A stretch of 64,000 nucleotides of DNA, taken from IMG/VR virus record IMGVR_UViG_3300021400_000095. One strand, given 5' to 3'. This document shows positions 9,646 to 19,711 of the stretch, piece by piece. Position numbers and translations under genes: made by a program. The first letter of the stretch is position 1; every line of letters begins with the position of its first letter. This DNA comes from a virus. Taxonomy: Duplodnaviria > Caudoviricetes. The notes below the pieces were generated by a model. It did not search any database. It was given only the letters and a program-made list of their open reading frames with translations, and was not told where the DNA came from.

Positions 9646-9966
9646 ATGAAAAAATATAGTGCTATTAAAGGTATTATTGATTTGCTCACCAAATATGGTG
9701 GGCAAAATGAAAATACTAAATATTTCACAATTACAGATAATCTATCTGTTGATAGCAGACCTAATGATGGAAACATCCTTAAGATAGTTGCAGATGTTTT
9801 CACTGAAAATAGGTTTAATCAATTTGACTTTGATGGTAAAAATAATCAATCTGAATATTTTATTATTTGGGTTGAGTTTGAAAGTGGATATGAAAGACTT
9901 TGTAATCTTGACTTAGTTGATATTGAAAAAATTTGGAATTATATGTTTAAGAAAATTAAACCTTGA
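9646..9966 (+). CDS. hypothetical protein
   Basis: ORF track. Confidence 0.75.
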   Translation: MKKYSAIKGIIDLLTKYGGQNENTKYFTITDNLSVDSRPNDGNILKIVADVFTENRFNQFDFDGKNNQSEYFIIWVEFESGYERLCNLDLVDIEKIWNYMFKKIKP

Positions 9967-10030
9967 TTTTTTCAAAACTAATTTGTATATTTGTAAAACT
10001 ATTAAATAATATTATTAAAAAAATTAAATT

Positions 10031-10195
10031 ATGAAGAAGATTGTATCTATTCTTATGATTGCAATGCTTGTTGTTCTTTCTTCTTGTGGCAATAGGACTA
10101 CTCAGTCTGAGGTTGCTACTGAGGAAGTTGAGGAAGTTGCTGATAGCCTTGCAGTTGTAGATTCTACTGCTACTGAAACAGTTGTTGTAGAGTAA
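10031..10195 (+). CDS. small lipoprotein (54 aa)
   Basis: MKKIVSILMIAMLVVLSS-CGNR... signal peptide II/lipobox and acidic tail; TATATTTG promoter at ~9986; terminator at ~10221-10252. Confidence 0.8.
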   Translation: MKKIVSILMIAMLVVLSSCGNRTTQSEVATEEVEEVADSLAVVDSTATETVVVE

Positions 10196-10285
10196 AAAAA
10201 AAACAAAAAAGTAAAAAAAGAAAGCCATATCAATTCATTTTGGTATGGCTTTTGTTATATATTAGAATGAACAATTAAAACTAAA

Positions 10286-10564
10286 GTGAATATGGATATT
10301 ACTAATCTTCTTTTACTGATTAACAATCAGCATTTCTACATTGACATCATTGATGATTGTGAGCCAAATAATGGTGGTTTCTATTGTAGAATCTATGATG
10401 ATAAGAGAATTATCATTTATAAGGATGTGGTTACTAATGTTGAAGTAATTGACTTTGGTGACTATCTTGATGATATGTGTATCCATATTGGGGATTGTAA
10501 ATTCAATAGTGCTGAGGTATCTAATTATCTATATAATTATATCCTTAATAACATTTTGGCATAA
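10286..10564 (+). CDS. hypothetical protein
   Basis: ORF track. Confidence 0.7.
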   Translation: MNMDITNLLLLINNQHFYIDIIDDCEPNNGGFYCRIYDDKRIIIYKDVVTNVEVIDFGDYLDDMCIHIGDCKFNSAEVSNYLYNYILNNILA

Positions 10565-10596
10565 CTATTGTATCTACTATTAATGTATTAAATTTT

Positions 10597-10806
10597 ATGA
10601 ATATGAATAGAAGTGAACTTTCTTTTAAGTATTTTTTCAATGCAGGTCTTGATAGGAGAACTCTTGAATGTGATGTTGAGGGAACTGATGTATATCAGAA
10701 TGACCATTATATTGGCTCTGTAAAATGGAAGTTGCCAAATGAACTTGAAGAAATGACTGATGATGAACTTGAAGAAATTTTCTTTGAGAATGATATCTTG
10801 GTGTAA
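10597..10806 (+). CDS. acidic hypothetical protein
   Basis: ORF track; upstream motif. Confidence 0.75.
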   Translation: MNMNRSELSFKYFFNAGLDRRTLECDVEGTDVYQNDHYIGSVKWKLPNELEEMTDDELEEIFFENDILV

Positions 10807-10838
10807 TTTTTGATATATAATAGATAAATTAAATAGCA

Positions 10839-11036
10839 ATGACAAAATTAGCAATCTTGAAACAAAAAATAATTAGAGCATACCACAATCCAAAAAATTG
10901 GGAATATTCAAAATTCAAAGGTTACCCAGAAGGAACTTATTTTGGGTATGATTCTCTAAAAGATTGTATACAAGATACAATAAAGCAATATATTGCTTTT
11001 TATGGAAAAGGCTTAAAAAAATGGAGGTATAATTAA
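10839..11036 (+). CDS. hypothetical protein
   Basis: ORF track. Confidence 0.65.
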   Translation: MTKLAILKQKIIRAYHNPKNWEYSKFKGYPEGTYFGYDSLKDCIQDTIKQYIAFYGKGLKKWRYN

Positions 11037-11098
11037 AGGAATGTATAAATAGTTTGGCATCATTATTGATAGTATTCTAACTATAAAATAATATAATT

Positions 11099-11515
11099 AT
11101 GACAAGAGAAGAACTTTTTAATGCAGTGGGTTGCCTTACTTATTCAAGTTATCATAACTATGATAATATTATCTATGGCTATGACCTGCAATTCTATAAT
11201 AAGAAAAAGAAGAAGTATATTTATAACTATTCTATTATATATAGGAATGAAAATACTTTTCCTATGTATGGAGTAGTTACTAATATGTTCTATGTTGATA
11301 GCAAAATCTGTATTATTAATAATATGGATGAACTTAAAAAGTTTGGTCTTGCTTGCATGAATGAGGACAATTCTATTTTCACCAAGAAATTTGATATTCA
11401 GAAAATCAATGTTACTGATGATAAAACTCTGAATCAAATGGCAAGAAATGATAAGTCCATTTTGAATATGGTTTATAAAGAAGATTATACTTATATCTTA
11501 AGAATTAAAGAATAA
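11099..11515 (+). CDS. hypothetical protein
   Basis: ORF track; upstream motif. Confidence 0.75.
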   Translation: MTREELFNAVGCLTYSSYHNYDNIIYGYDLQFYNKKKKKYIYNYSIIYRNENTFPMYGVVTNMFYVDSKICIINNMDELKKFGLACMNEDNSIFTKKFDIQKINVTDDKTLNQMARNDKSILNMVYKEDYTYILRIKE

Positions 11516-11563
11516 TATTTTTGGCATAATCTTTGCAAAATATCATATTAAATAAAAAAGAAT

Positions 11564-11899
11564 ATGAAAAGAAATCATCCTTTGTTTATTGGTGAGGTTG
11601 TATTTGACCTTAATAAGAATTACTTTGGTGTAATTACTGAACTTACTGATAATAAGGCAGTCCTTGACATGAATGGTTGGTGTGAGGAAGAAAATAGGAA
11701 AATGTTTGATTGTGAAATCACAGAAGATGACATTGTTTGGGAAACTGATGATTTAGATTCACTTTATCAAGTTGCTTGGGGAATTAAAGATAACAGACTT
11801 GGTGAGATGGTCTGTTATGAACATAATAATACCAGTGGTAATTACCCTTATTATTCACCTTATCTTGAAGAAAATCTTTATGGTTTTGAAATTGAATAA
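11564..11899 (+). CDS. acidic hypothetical protein
   Basis: ORF track; upstream motif. Confidence 0.8.
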   Translation: MKRNHPLFIGEVVFDLNKNYFGVITELTDNKAVLDMNGWCEEENRKMFDCEITEDDIVWETDDLDSLYQVAWGIKDNRLGEMVCYEHNNTSGNYPYYSPYLEENLYGFEIE

Positions 11900-11957
11900 T
11901 ATTTTTGGCATATTATTTGTCATATAAGTATTGAACATTTTTTAAATCTTGATTTAT

Positions 11958-12392
11958 ATGAAAATTGGAAAGATGCTTTATACTTTAAGGGAAATGGTTG
12001 ATTCCTTTGTTGCTGAACATAATCTTGCTTGGGATAGATATAGGGAAAAGGTTGAAAAAGAAAAAGGTTATTCAAAGGGTGTAAATCTTAGTATGCAATC
12101 TTATCTTGGGTCTGACCTTTTGATTGATTTTGCATATCTTGCTCTTGAATATGATAAGGGAATTCCTTTTGAAAGGGAATATTGGATTAGAAGTCAAGGT
12201 GTGCAATGTATTAAGAATCCAAAGGATGAATCTGAGAAACAGATGCATAGAGTGTTTGGTGATATTGTTGCAAAAATCAAGGTTGTTTTTGATGGCAATG
12301 AATTTGCTGACCCTATGTGGATTCAAGATGATGATTGTCTGATTGAAAACAAATTTATCAAGGAAAATAAACTCTATCAGAGATATTTTTAA
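11958..12392 (+). CDS. hypothetical protein
   Basis: ORF track; first ATG at 11958. Confidence 0.8.
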   Translation: MKIGKMLYTLREMVDSFVAEHNLAWDRYREKVEKEKGYSKGVNLSMQSYLGSDLLIDFAYLALEYDKGIPFEREYWIRSQGVQCIKNPKDESEKQMHRVFGDIVAKIKVVFDGNEFADPMWIQDDDCLIENKFIKENKLYQRYF

Positions 12393-12440
12393 ACTTTGGC
12401 ATGAATCTTGTCATATGTTTAAATGTTAAAAATTTGATAT

Positions 12441-12749
12441 ATGAAATATAATCCTACACTTACCCACAATGGTCACAATTTCAATGAATTCATTGATGAT
12501 TATGATTGGACATATCTTGTGGAAACACTTAATGATTATTTTATTAAAAATAATTATGTGAAAGAGGATTTTTTTGGTGAATTTGCAGAGGCAACTTTGG
12601 ATGTCATTGATGATAATGTTTACTTTCTTGTTTATGATAAGGCAAAAACAGATTTTGGCTACAAGTATGGTTTTAATTCCTATGCAAGAAAACTAATTTC
12701 TTATAAACTTTTGGAATATTTTAAGGCAAATTTTGCTCCTTTGGCATAA
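12441..12749 (+). CDS. hypothetical protein
   Basis: ORF track; upstream motif. Confidence 0.75.
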   Translation: MKYNPTLTHNGHNFNEFIDDYDWTYLVETLNDYFIKNNYVKEDFFGEFAEATLDVIDDNVYFLVYDKAKTDFGYKYGFNSYARKLISYKLLEYFKANFAPLA

Positions 12750-12810
12750 AAATTGAATTAGTATATAAAGAATAAATTAAGTTAAACAATAAAAAAAAAA
12801 ATTAAGAATT

Positions 12811-13275
12811 ATGAAAGGTAATGTTGAGAATCTGATTAGGACCACTGCTATGAATCCCATCAATGGTAAACTGAATCTTGTTCAGTATAAGAATGAGAAG
12901 AAAAAGGCTCTTGTTCATAAGGGAGTCTGTGAAAGTGTTGTGGCATTTGCTGATGCTAATCCTATGATGCCTTTCTATGCAATTCTTGCAGTAGGTGTTG
13001 GCAGTGGGTCTTTCAAAATGGATGAATATAAAAAGGGTTATAAGTTCTTCAATGCTGATAAGGCATCCACTTGTCTTGCAATGGCAAATGCTTATAATAA
13101 GCATATGAATATCAAGGGTAAGCCAAGTGATGTTGTTTGGAGACTTGTCAATAAGTATTATAATAAGGTATCCCATAATGTGGATGATTTCAAGGCAGCA
13201 CTTTCCAAGGCAAATGTTGCTGATGGAGATAGGGGCCATTTTTCTGAACTTTGTGCAAATATTGGGATTGTTTAA
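12811..13275 (+). CDS. hypothetical protein
   Basis: ORF track; upstream motif. Confidence 0.8.
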   Translation: MKGNVENLIRTTAMNPINGKLNLVQYKNEKKKALVHKGVCESVVAFADANPMMPFYAILAVGVGSGSFKMDEYKKGYKFFNADKASTCLAMANAYNKHMNIKGKPSDVVWRLVNKYYNKVSHNVDDFKAALSKANVADGDRGHFSELCANIGIV

Positions 13276-13334
13276 TCCCTTTTGGCACATTTCTTGCTCA
13301 TATCTATAATGTATAACTTATAAATTTATTTATT

Positions 13335-13607
13335 ATGAATAAGAATCAGTATATTTCTGAAATTAAGAAACTTGTTAAAAACAATGATAATAAGACCTAT
13401 TTCTTTTCCAATGGTCTTAATATTGTAACTTGGTATGATGGTATGCAGATTCCTACCAATATCCATAAGGTGTTTGTAAAGGGCAATGTCCTTTATATCA
13501 ATGTCACTGATGCATATCATACTGAAACTGACAATGTTGAAAAAATGTCAGATTGGGATGTGGATGATGTTGCCACAATTTATTCCCTTGTTTCCAATAA
13601 CAAGTAA
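13335..13607 (+). CDS. hypothetical protein
   Basis: ORF track; upstream motif. Confidence 0.75.
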   Translation: MNKNQYISEIKKLVKNNDNKTYFFSNGLNIVTWYDGMQIPTNIHKVFVKGNVLYINVTDAYHTETDNVEKMSDWDVDDVATIYSLVSNNK

Positions 13608-13666
13608 ACTTTGGCATGATTTCTGTTATATATTATATTGAATATTAATAAAAAAAATAATTGAAT

Positions 13667-14170
13667 ATGAGTACTTTTGTTGCTACCAATTTCATGAGGA
13701 CTTCTGACCTTAAGGCACTTGCATTTGTTATTAATGATTGGGAGGATTGGAGGTGTGCTCTCTCTGAGGAAGCTGTCTATAACCTTGACCATAATGATGA
13801 TTTGATGTATTTCATTGAAAAGTATGGTGCTACCAAAGCAGTTGAATATTATAATAAGAGTAGATTTTGGCTTGATGGCAATAATTTCAAGGAGCCTCAT
13901 CTTCTTAGTTTTGATAGGATGGTGGATATCATTAATGATGTCTATGATGTGGAGCATTTCAAGGAACTCATTGAAAATGGTTATGAGGAACTATATGACA
14001 AGTGGTTTTACATGGATAAGGTTAAAAATGCTATCAATCCAAAGAAAGCCTATTGTGTGACCACCATGTTTAAGTCCTCTGTTGATAGGGATGAAATCAA
14101 GAAGAAGGTTGAGAGTATTCTGAAAGAGAGTGGTGTCAGTAATTGGACCTTTGTTGTGGAGGAAGCATAA
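13667..14170 (+). CDS. hypothetical protein
   Basis: ORF track; first ATG at 13667. Confidence 0.8.
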   Translation: MSTFVATNFMRTSDLKALAFVINDWEDWRCALSEEAVYNLDHNDDLMYFIEKYGATKAVEYYNKSRFWLDGNNFKEPHLLSFDRMVDIINDVYDVEHFKELIENGYEELYDKWFYMDKVKNAINPKKAYCVTTMFKSSVDRDEIKKKVESILKESGVSNWTFVVEEA

Positions 14171-14171
14171 T

Positions 14172-14408
14172 ATGAAGGCAAAGGAGTTGTTGGATAGGCT
14201 TGGAACTCTGTACTATGATACAGAGTTGTCCATAGCAAAAATTCTGATGAAACACAAGAATATTACTGATACTGATGGTACTGAAATTTCTTTGGGTACA
14301 GATAATAATGGTGTAAGATGTGTTTTCTATGGTTATGACCCAATCAATGAACTTGATATTAATGATATGATTGGTGTTCTTGAATATCTTGAAAAAATTG
14401 ATGATTAA
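14172..14408 (+). CDS. hypothetical protein
   Basis: ATG immediately after the previous stop. Confidence 0.75.
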   Translation: MKAKELLDRLGTLYYDTELSIAKILMKHKNITDTDGTEISLGTDNNGVRCVFYGYDPINELDINDMIGVLEYLEKIDD

Positions 14409-14487
14409 TAGCATAAAGGTACTCTTTTGAGTACCTTTTGGCATACTTCTTGAATATATTAGTATTGAACATTTAATAAAAAGAATT

Positions 14488-15003
14488 ATGATTAAGCACA
14501 AAAAAAATTACTTCCTTGTTAATGCCATTGATATGGGGGAGAACATAAAGGAATATCTTGAATCTGCAAAATTCAATTATGTGATTGTTGAGGGTGGGCA
14601 AGTCCTTATGTGGGGAAATAAATTCCCAGTTATCTTTGGTTCAATGGAAGATGTCAATGCTGAATTGAACTATCTTAAGGATAGTAAAAATCAAATTATT
14701 GTAATGTCTGAATTTGATTTTATTATTAACCATTGTCTTTCTGCCATTGAGGATATCATTATTAACCAAATTAAAATTAAGGGTGAAAATGATGGAGTGT
14801 GTCATATCTTCTTTTTCAATGGTCTTAATAATGTCATTAATATTAATGGAATGACAGATATTCTTAATGGGTCTGTTGGTGCTGATGGTCTTTTATCTTT
14901 ACTCATTTCTGATGAAGATGATAACAAACAAGACTTTATTTCTTTGAGTGATATTAAGGATAGTGATGTAATTTTTAATATTCTTGTGCAGGTTTTGGCA
15001 TAG
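14488..15003 (+). CDS. hypothetical protein
   Basis: ORF track; palindrome plus promoter motif upstream. Confidence 0.8.
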   Translation: MIKHKKNYFLVNAIDMGENIKEYLESAKFNYVIVEGGQVLMWGNKFPVIFGSMEDVNAELNYLKDSKNQIIVMSEFDFIINHCLSAIEDIIINQIKIKGENDGVCHIFFFNGLNNVININGMTDILNGSVGADGLLSLLISDEDDNKQDFISLSDIKDSDVIFNILVQVLA

Positions 15004-15045
15004 TTATTGTTCATATCTATATTGTATAATTAAAATAAAAGTATT

Positions 15046-15312
15046 ATGGAAATTTATGTTCTTACAATTTCTGAAGTTTTTGACTTTGAAGATTTTTCTC
15101 ATAAGCCAAAGGCTTTTTATAAATTTGAAGATGCAGTTGCTGAAATGAATTCTATTAGCAACAATTTTGAAAAAGATACTGATATAGAAAGTGAAATTGA
15201 TGGTGATTCTTGGGTGATTGATAAGGGCAGTAGGTTTTATGATGCTTATATTGATGGCAGATATAATGAATACCATTTTACAATTAAAATTAATCAAGTG
15301 GAGGTAAAATAA
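15046..15312 (+). CDS. hypothetical protein
   Basis: ORF track; loosely resembles 2124, 15556 and 19866. Confidence 0.8.
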   Translation: MEIYVLTISEVFDFEDFSHKPKAFYKFEDAVAEMNSISNNFEKDTDIESEIDGDSWVIDKGSRFYDAYIDGRYNEYHFTIKINQVEVK

Positions 15313-15314
15313 TT

Positions 15315-15485
15315 ATGGCAAGACAGAATTCTATTAATGTGCTTGATGACCTTAATGAATATGCAACAAGATATGGTCTTGATGCTCTTGGTTATGCAAT
15401 TAGGGAAATGGCAAGAAACAATGAGATTCATTTCACACAAAAACAAATGTGTGACCTTTGGGAATATGGTGGGAATGTGGAATAA
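15315..15485 (+). CDS. hypothetical protein (56 aa)
   Basis: Read manually: MARQNSINVLDDLNEY...GGNVE*; operonic. Confidence 0.65.
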   Translation: MARQNSINVLDDLNEYATRYGLDALGYAIREMARNNEIHFTQKQMCDLWEYGGNVE

Positions 15486-15555
15486 TTTTCCAGATTTTCA
15501 TTTTTGGTATGATTCTTGCTCTTATTACAATAGATAATTAAAATAAAAAAGTATT

Positions 15556-15825
15556 ATGAAAAGGTTTTATATTCTTACTTTTGTTGACCTTGTTAAAATG
15601 GGTTATAATGTTTCTGATGTTTTCATGTTTGATAGTATTGAACTTGCTATTAAGAAAATGAAAGAAATGTATCTTCAATATTGTGAACAAGAAGATATTG
15701 ATGACCCTATGGCCACTGATTCTTATGACCATGAATTTAGTGAAAGTGGAGAATTTAATAATGGTTTTGCCTATATTAATGGAAAATATTATTGGGATAT
15801 TTTCAATAAAGACCTTGAATATTAA
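15556..15825 (+). CDS. hypothetical protein
   Basis: ORF track; upstream motif. Confidence 0.8.
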   Translation: MKRFYILTFVDLVKMGYNVSDVFMFDSIELAIKKMKEMYLQYCEQEDIDDPMATDSYDHEFSESGEFNNGFAYINGKYYWDIFNKDLEY

Positions 15826-15880
15826 TTTTCTGGCATAGTTATTGTTCATATCTATATTGTATAAATTAAAAAAAAGCATT

Positions 15881-16315
15881 ATGATTAATCTTAGAAGTTA
15901 TATGGAAGATGGTGCTAATTGGCAGGCACAGGCAGTCCTTGCTTATATGAAAGCAAATTATGAATGGGCAGTTGACCCTTCTTGGGATGATGAAAGGAAA
16001 GCCTATGATGCTGAAATCTTCCTTTATAGATATGAAAATTGTAGGGAAAATGGCTATATTTTTTCCCTCAGATTTGATGATGCACAACTGAATTTTGCAG
16101 TGTTTGAGGCTGCTAATTCTGATGATATTTTTGTCCTTATTAATAATGAGGTTTTCTTTGATACCCCAAGTTGGGAGGTTATGAGAAAAGTATATAAATC
16201 AAGATATGATTGTGATATTTCTTTCAAAGTTGGGCATATTGTTGAATGTGGTAACTATATTGTTAATGAAATGAGAGATTTCATTAAGAATATTATTTCA
16301 AAAGATTATTGCTAA
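15881..16315 (+). CDS. hypothetical protein
   Basis: ATG at 15881, in frame with the track ORF. Confidence 0.8.
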   Translation: MINLRSYMEDGANWQAQAVLAYMKANYEWAVDPSWDDERKAYDAEIFLYRYENCRENGYIFSLRFDDAQLNFAVFEAANSDDIFVLINNEVFFDTPSWEVMRKVYKSRYDCDISFKVGHIVECGNYIVNEMRDFIKNIISKDYC

Positions 16316-16377
16316 TATTCTTCTTTGGCATACTTTCTGCATATATCTATATTGTTAACAATTAAAAAAAAAGAATT

Positions 16378-16968
16378 ATGAATAATATTGTCAAAAACTA
16401 CATCATGCTTAATACCAATAATACTGACCTTGAATATTATCTTGATGATTTCAAGGAGTATTGTGAAGATAATGGTTATCAAATTGTAGGTGAAGGTACT
16501 GATATGGAAGGTCTCTACCTTGGTGGTAAAGTAACCTTTTGGGATTATTATAATAATTCTATTAATGATGAAATTGAAAATTTTTGGGATAATCTTAAGT
16601 GGCTTAAAAATTCCAAGTACAATTCCAAATGTGTTGTAACAGGGACCCTTGGTCTGTGGAGTGGTAACTATGATGTTCCACCTACCCTTTTCACTTCCAT
16701 CTATGATGCAATGAACAAATGTGCATCTAAGGCTGATGACCTTTATGTTTATGTCAATGATAATGTTATTGAAGTCAAGGCTTATCATCATGATGGAACC
16801 AACTCCTTTGAAATTAGACTTCTCAATGATGATGATTATGATTGTGTGATGTACTGGGAAGATGAAAATGATTGTGTGATGTACTGGGAAGATGAAAATG
16901 ATGGTGATGTAATGGATTATATCAAAGCAAATGCAATGGATATTTATTATGAAAATATTGGCCAGTAA
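16378..16968 (+). CDS. acidic hypothetical protein with a 10-aa tandem duplication
   Basis: ORF track; exact 30-nt duplication at 16838-16897. Confidence 0.8.
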   Translation: MNNIVKNYIMLNTNNTDLEYYLDDFKEYCEDNGYQIVGEGTDMEGLYLGGKVTFWDYYNNSINDEIENFWDNLKWLKNSKYNSKCVVTGTLGLWSGNYDVPPTLFTSIYDAMNKCASKADDLYVYVNDNVIEVKAYHHDGTNSFEIRLLNDDDYDCVMYWEDENDCVMYWEDENDGDVMDYIKANAMDIYYENIGQ

Positions 16969-17135
16969 TTATTAATAATTATCTTTGGTAAAAAATATCT
17001 AATAAGTACTCTTTTGAGTACTTTTTGGTACAATTATTGATTAAAATTAAAAAGGGTTGAGTAAAACCAATAATGATTCTCTGAGTAGACTAGCTTTGGC
17101 AACCCTTTTATTTAACAATTAAAAAATTAACAATT

Positions 17136-17615
17136 ATGGATAAGAAAACAATTATTATTTCTCTTCTTAAAGAAATTGATACTGATGTTCTTATTGGGAT
17201 TTGGAATACCTATTGTTCTGATGAGAATATGGATGATTATATATATGAAAATGATGATTATAATATCAATGAAATTTTCACTAAGCCAGATGAAGCACTG
17301 AGGGCTGCTTTCTATGGTGATTATAGATATAATCATGATTACTTTGTTCTCAATGGTTATGGTAATCTTGAATCCTTTGATGAATATGATGCAGACAATC
17401 ATATTGACTTTGATATCCTTGCTGACTATATCATGGATGTTGGTTGTGATGAACTCTCTGAAAATTATAGTGAAGAACTGCAAGATGAATTCCTTAATTA
17501 TATCAATGAAAAATTTGAAGATAGGGAATTTACTGAGGATAATATTCCTAGTGGCACTGATTTGATTACTGAGGATTGGGATGAAATCTTATCTGAAATA
17601 CTTGATGAAGATTAA
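17136..17615 (+). CDS. highly acidic protein (DNA-mimic candidate)
   Basis: Very D/E-rich; DYFVLNGYGNLES motif. Confidence 0.75.
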   Translation: MDKKTIIISLLKEIDTDVLIGIWNTYCSDENMDDYIYENDDYNINEIFTKPDEALRAAFYGDYRYNHDYFVLNGYGNLESFDEYDADNHIDFDILADYIMDVGCDELSENYSEELQDEFLNYINEKFEDREFTEDNIPSGTDLITEDWDEILSEILDED

Positions 17616-17673
17616 TTCTTTGGCATGATACTTGCCTATTTAATAATATATAAACAATTAAATAAAAAGAATT

Positions 17674-18054
17674 ATGGATAAGGAAACTGCTATCAGCATT
17701 CTCAATGACCTCAACACCAATATTGTCCCTATTGTTGATAAAATCTTCTTCAATAAACTTGGTGTTACCACCAAAATGAAAGCAATCTATTCTGTTAATA
17801 GAAGTGGTGAATATTATTTTACTCTTATTAATGAAGATAATTCTGATGTTAATAAGAAAATGAGAGGTAATAAAATCCTTAGATATCTTTTCAAATCTGC
17901 TGAACTTAAAGCACAAACCTGGTATTTTGATGAAGATAATTGTTATGACTTCTATGTCAATGTTTATTATGAGCATAATGATGGTGGTTCCAATGGTCAT
18001 GAACTCATGAGGTTTTATATCAATAAAACTACTAAGACCATTCATTATAAGTAA
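17674..18054 (+). CDS. hypothetical protein
   Basis: ORF track; upstream motif. Confidence 0.8.
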   Translation: MDKETAISILNDLNTNIVPIVDKIFFNKLGVTTKMKAIYSVNRSGEYYFTLINEDNSDVNKKMRGNKILRYLFKSAELKAQTWYFDEDNCYDFYVNVYYEHNDGGSNGHELMRFYINKTTKTIHYK

Positions 18055-18106
18055 TCTTTGGCATGATTTATGCAATATATCTAAATAGAAAATAAAAAAA
18101 GAATAT

Positions 18107-18406
18107 ATGCTTAAGTTTAAAACAATTCCAATTACTTCTGATACTACTGTTCACTGGTATCTTGATTATCATGTAAATGCCCTTAATCTTGATGACCTTA
18201 TTTATGAAACTACTTCTGAATTCTGTGGTGATGATAATATGATTATTGTCATTGATGAAAAACATGATAGTCCATATGAGTCTCAAATTGATGAATATTC
18301 TTATCATTATCTTCTGAAAGAATATAGAGACAATGGTTATAGAATTGATTATGCTCTGTATACTAAGGATTGTCATTATCTCTGTGGTTTTGTTTGCTGG
18401 AAATAA
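18107..18406 (+). CDS. hypothetical protein
   Basis: ORF track; upstream motif. Confidence 0.75.
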   Translation: MLKFKTIPITSDTTVHWYLDYHVNALNLDDLIYETTSEFCGDDNMIIVIDEKHDSPYESQIDEYSYHYLLKEYRDNGYRIDYALYTKDCHYLCGFVCWK

Positions 18407-18412
18407 ATTATT

Positions 18413-19063
18413 ATGAATAAGTCTCTTGAAATTGTTTTCTTCCCTGGTTTCTATGGGTCCATTTTTGACCCTGTAGACAATGAATATAATAGCCTTAAAT
18501 ATGAGATTGAATATTATAAGGATACTTATAATAAAGAATTCAACATGGATGATTTCATCTTTGAAGAAGATGCTTGGAAGAATAAAATCTGTAATCTCTT
18601 TACTGAAGGATTTTCTGACATGTATAAGCCTCATTTCATTAAATCAATTGTTTTTGATGAAATGACTTCTCCAAGGTTCTATAATTTTGATAATGATAGA
18701 ATCTATGCCTTCTTTGAATTCACTGATGATTGGAAAGACCATATTAAAAACTTTATGGACTCCAATTATAAGGAACTGAAAGATATCATTAAAGAAGAAC
18801 ATTCCAGTAGAAGTGGTTATATATCCTTTATGTCCAATGATATTGATGAATGGTATAAAAAGTTTTTTGAAACCACTGATGAAGATGATATTGAAACCAC
18901 CTATCTTGAAGAAATCATTAAGTACTATGTGCTTTGGGATAATGGTTATGCTTTCAATGAAGGTTATAAAATTAGAGAAGAACTTGAATCATATGTTTTT
19001 GAAAATATGAATGAATCTGAATTCATTCATCTTAAGGAACAATTTATGTGTGAACTTGCTTAG
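18413..19063 (+). CDS. acidic hypothetical protein
   Basis: ORF track; motifs FPGFY, SPRFYNF, SRSGYISF. Confidence 0.8.
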   Translation: MNKSLEIVFFPGFYGSIFDPVDNEYNSLKYEIEYYKDTYNKEFNMDDFIFEEDAWKNKICNLFTEGFSDMYKPHFIKSIVFDEMTSPRFYNFDNDRIYAFFEFTDDWKDHIKNFMDSNYKELKDIIKEEHSSRSGYISFMSNDIDEWYKKFFETTDEDDIETTYLEEIIKYYVLWDNGYAFNEGYKIREELESYVFENMNESEFIHLKEQFMCELA

Positions 19064-19130
19064 TATTATATTAATGTCTTGATATATTAAATTATTTTTT
19101 ATATATTTGTTATATAAATAAAAATTTAAT

Positions 19131-19370
19131 ATGACAATTAAAGACCTTAGAGAAATCCTGGTACATTTTCAAGAACATAAATATGATGATTATGAAGTTG
19201 TATTATGGGATTTCAATCACCAACAAAAACTAAATTGGAATGTATCTCATGCTTTATCCCATCCAGATAAAGAACTTACTTTCCCTGTTGAAGTAAAAGA
19301 AACTGATGAAAAAACAATAAATGAAAAATTGAAAAATCTAATTGATGAATATTATGGAAAAGAAAATTAA
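19131..19370 (+). CDS. hypothetical protein
   Basis: ORF track; TATATTTG promoter upstream. Confidence 0.75.
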   Translation: MTIKDLREILVHFQEHKYDDYEVVLWDFNHQQKLNWNVSHALSHPDKELTFPVEVKETDEKTINEKLKNLIDEYYGKEN

Positions 19371-19575
19371 CATTGACTGGCTTATTACTCTCCTGCTCTG
19401 TATCTTCCTTGGAACTATTGGTGTCCATAGATTCTTTAATGGAAAAATTGGCACTGGCATCCTGCAAATTATTACCTTTGGTGGATTTGGTATTTGGGTC
19501 CTTGTTGATATCATCCTTATTGTCTGCCAGAAGTTTACTGATGAACATAACCAAATTATTACTATTTATGAGTAA
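19354..19575 (+). CDS. TM2 domain-containing membrane protein
   Basis: LLCIFLGTIGVHRFFNGKIGTGILQIITFGGFGIWVLVDIILI matches the TM2 signature. Confidence 0.9.
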   Translation: MEKKINIDWLITLLLCIFLGTIGVHRFFNGKIGTGILQIITFGGFGIWVLVDIILIVCQKFTDEHNQIITIYE

Positions 19576-19635
19576 TAAGTACTCTTTTGAGTACCTTTTG
19601 GCATGATTATTGTATATTTATATTAAGATTAAGAT

Positions 19636-19711
19636 TCTCCTGTAGCTCAGTTGGTTAGTAAGCATCTGACTCATAATCAGAGGGTCGTAGGTTCAAGTCC
19701 TACCGGGAGAA
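19636..19711 (+). tRNA. tRNA with CAU anticodon (Ile2 or Met)
   Basis: Acceptor TCTCCTG/CGGGAGA, anticodon arm TCTGA-CTCATAA-TCAGA, T arm GTAGG-TTCAAGT-CCTAC; CCA not encoded. Confidence 0.9.

Noticed and set aside
15337-15537. Track ORF of 66 aa
   Set aside because: The overlapping frame 15315-15485 fits the operon and stops before the next promoter motif
17060-17100. Hammerhead ribozyme
   Set aside because: CTGAGTA deviates from CUGANGA and there is no correctly placed GAAA core
2109-19554. Many - strand ORFs antisense to the early genes, and + strand ORFs antisense to genes at 41-62 kb
   Set aside because: Shadow frames of real genes, I/F/N-rich and without promoter or leader motifs
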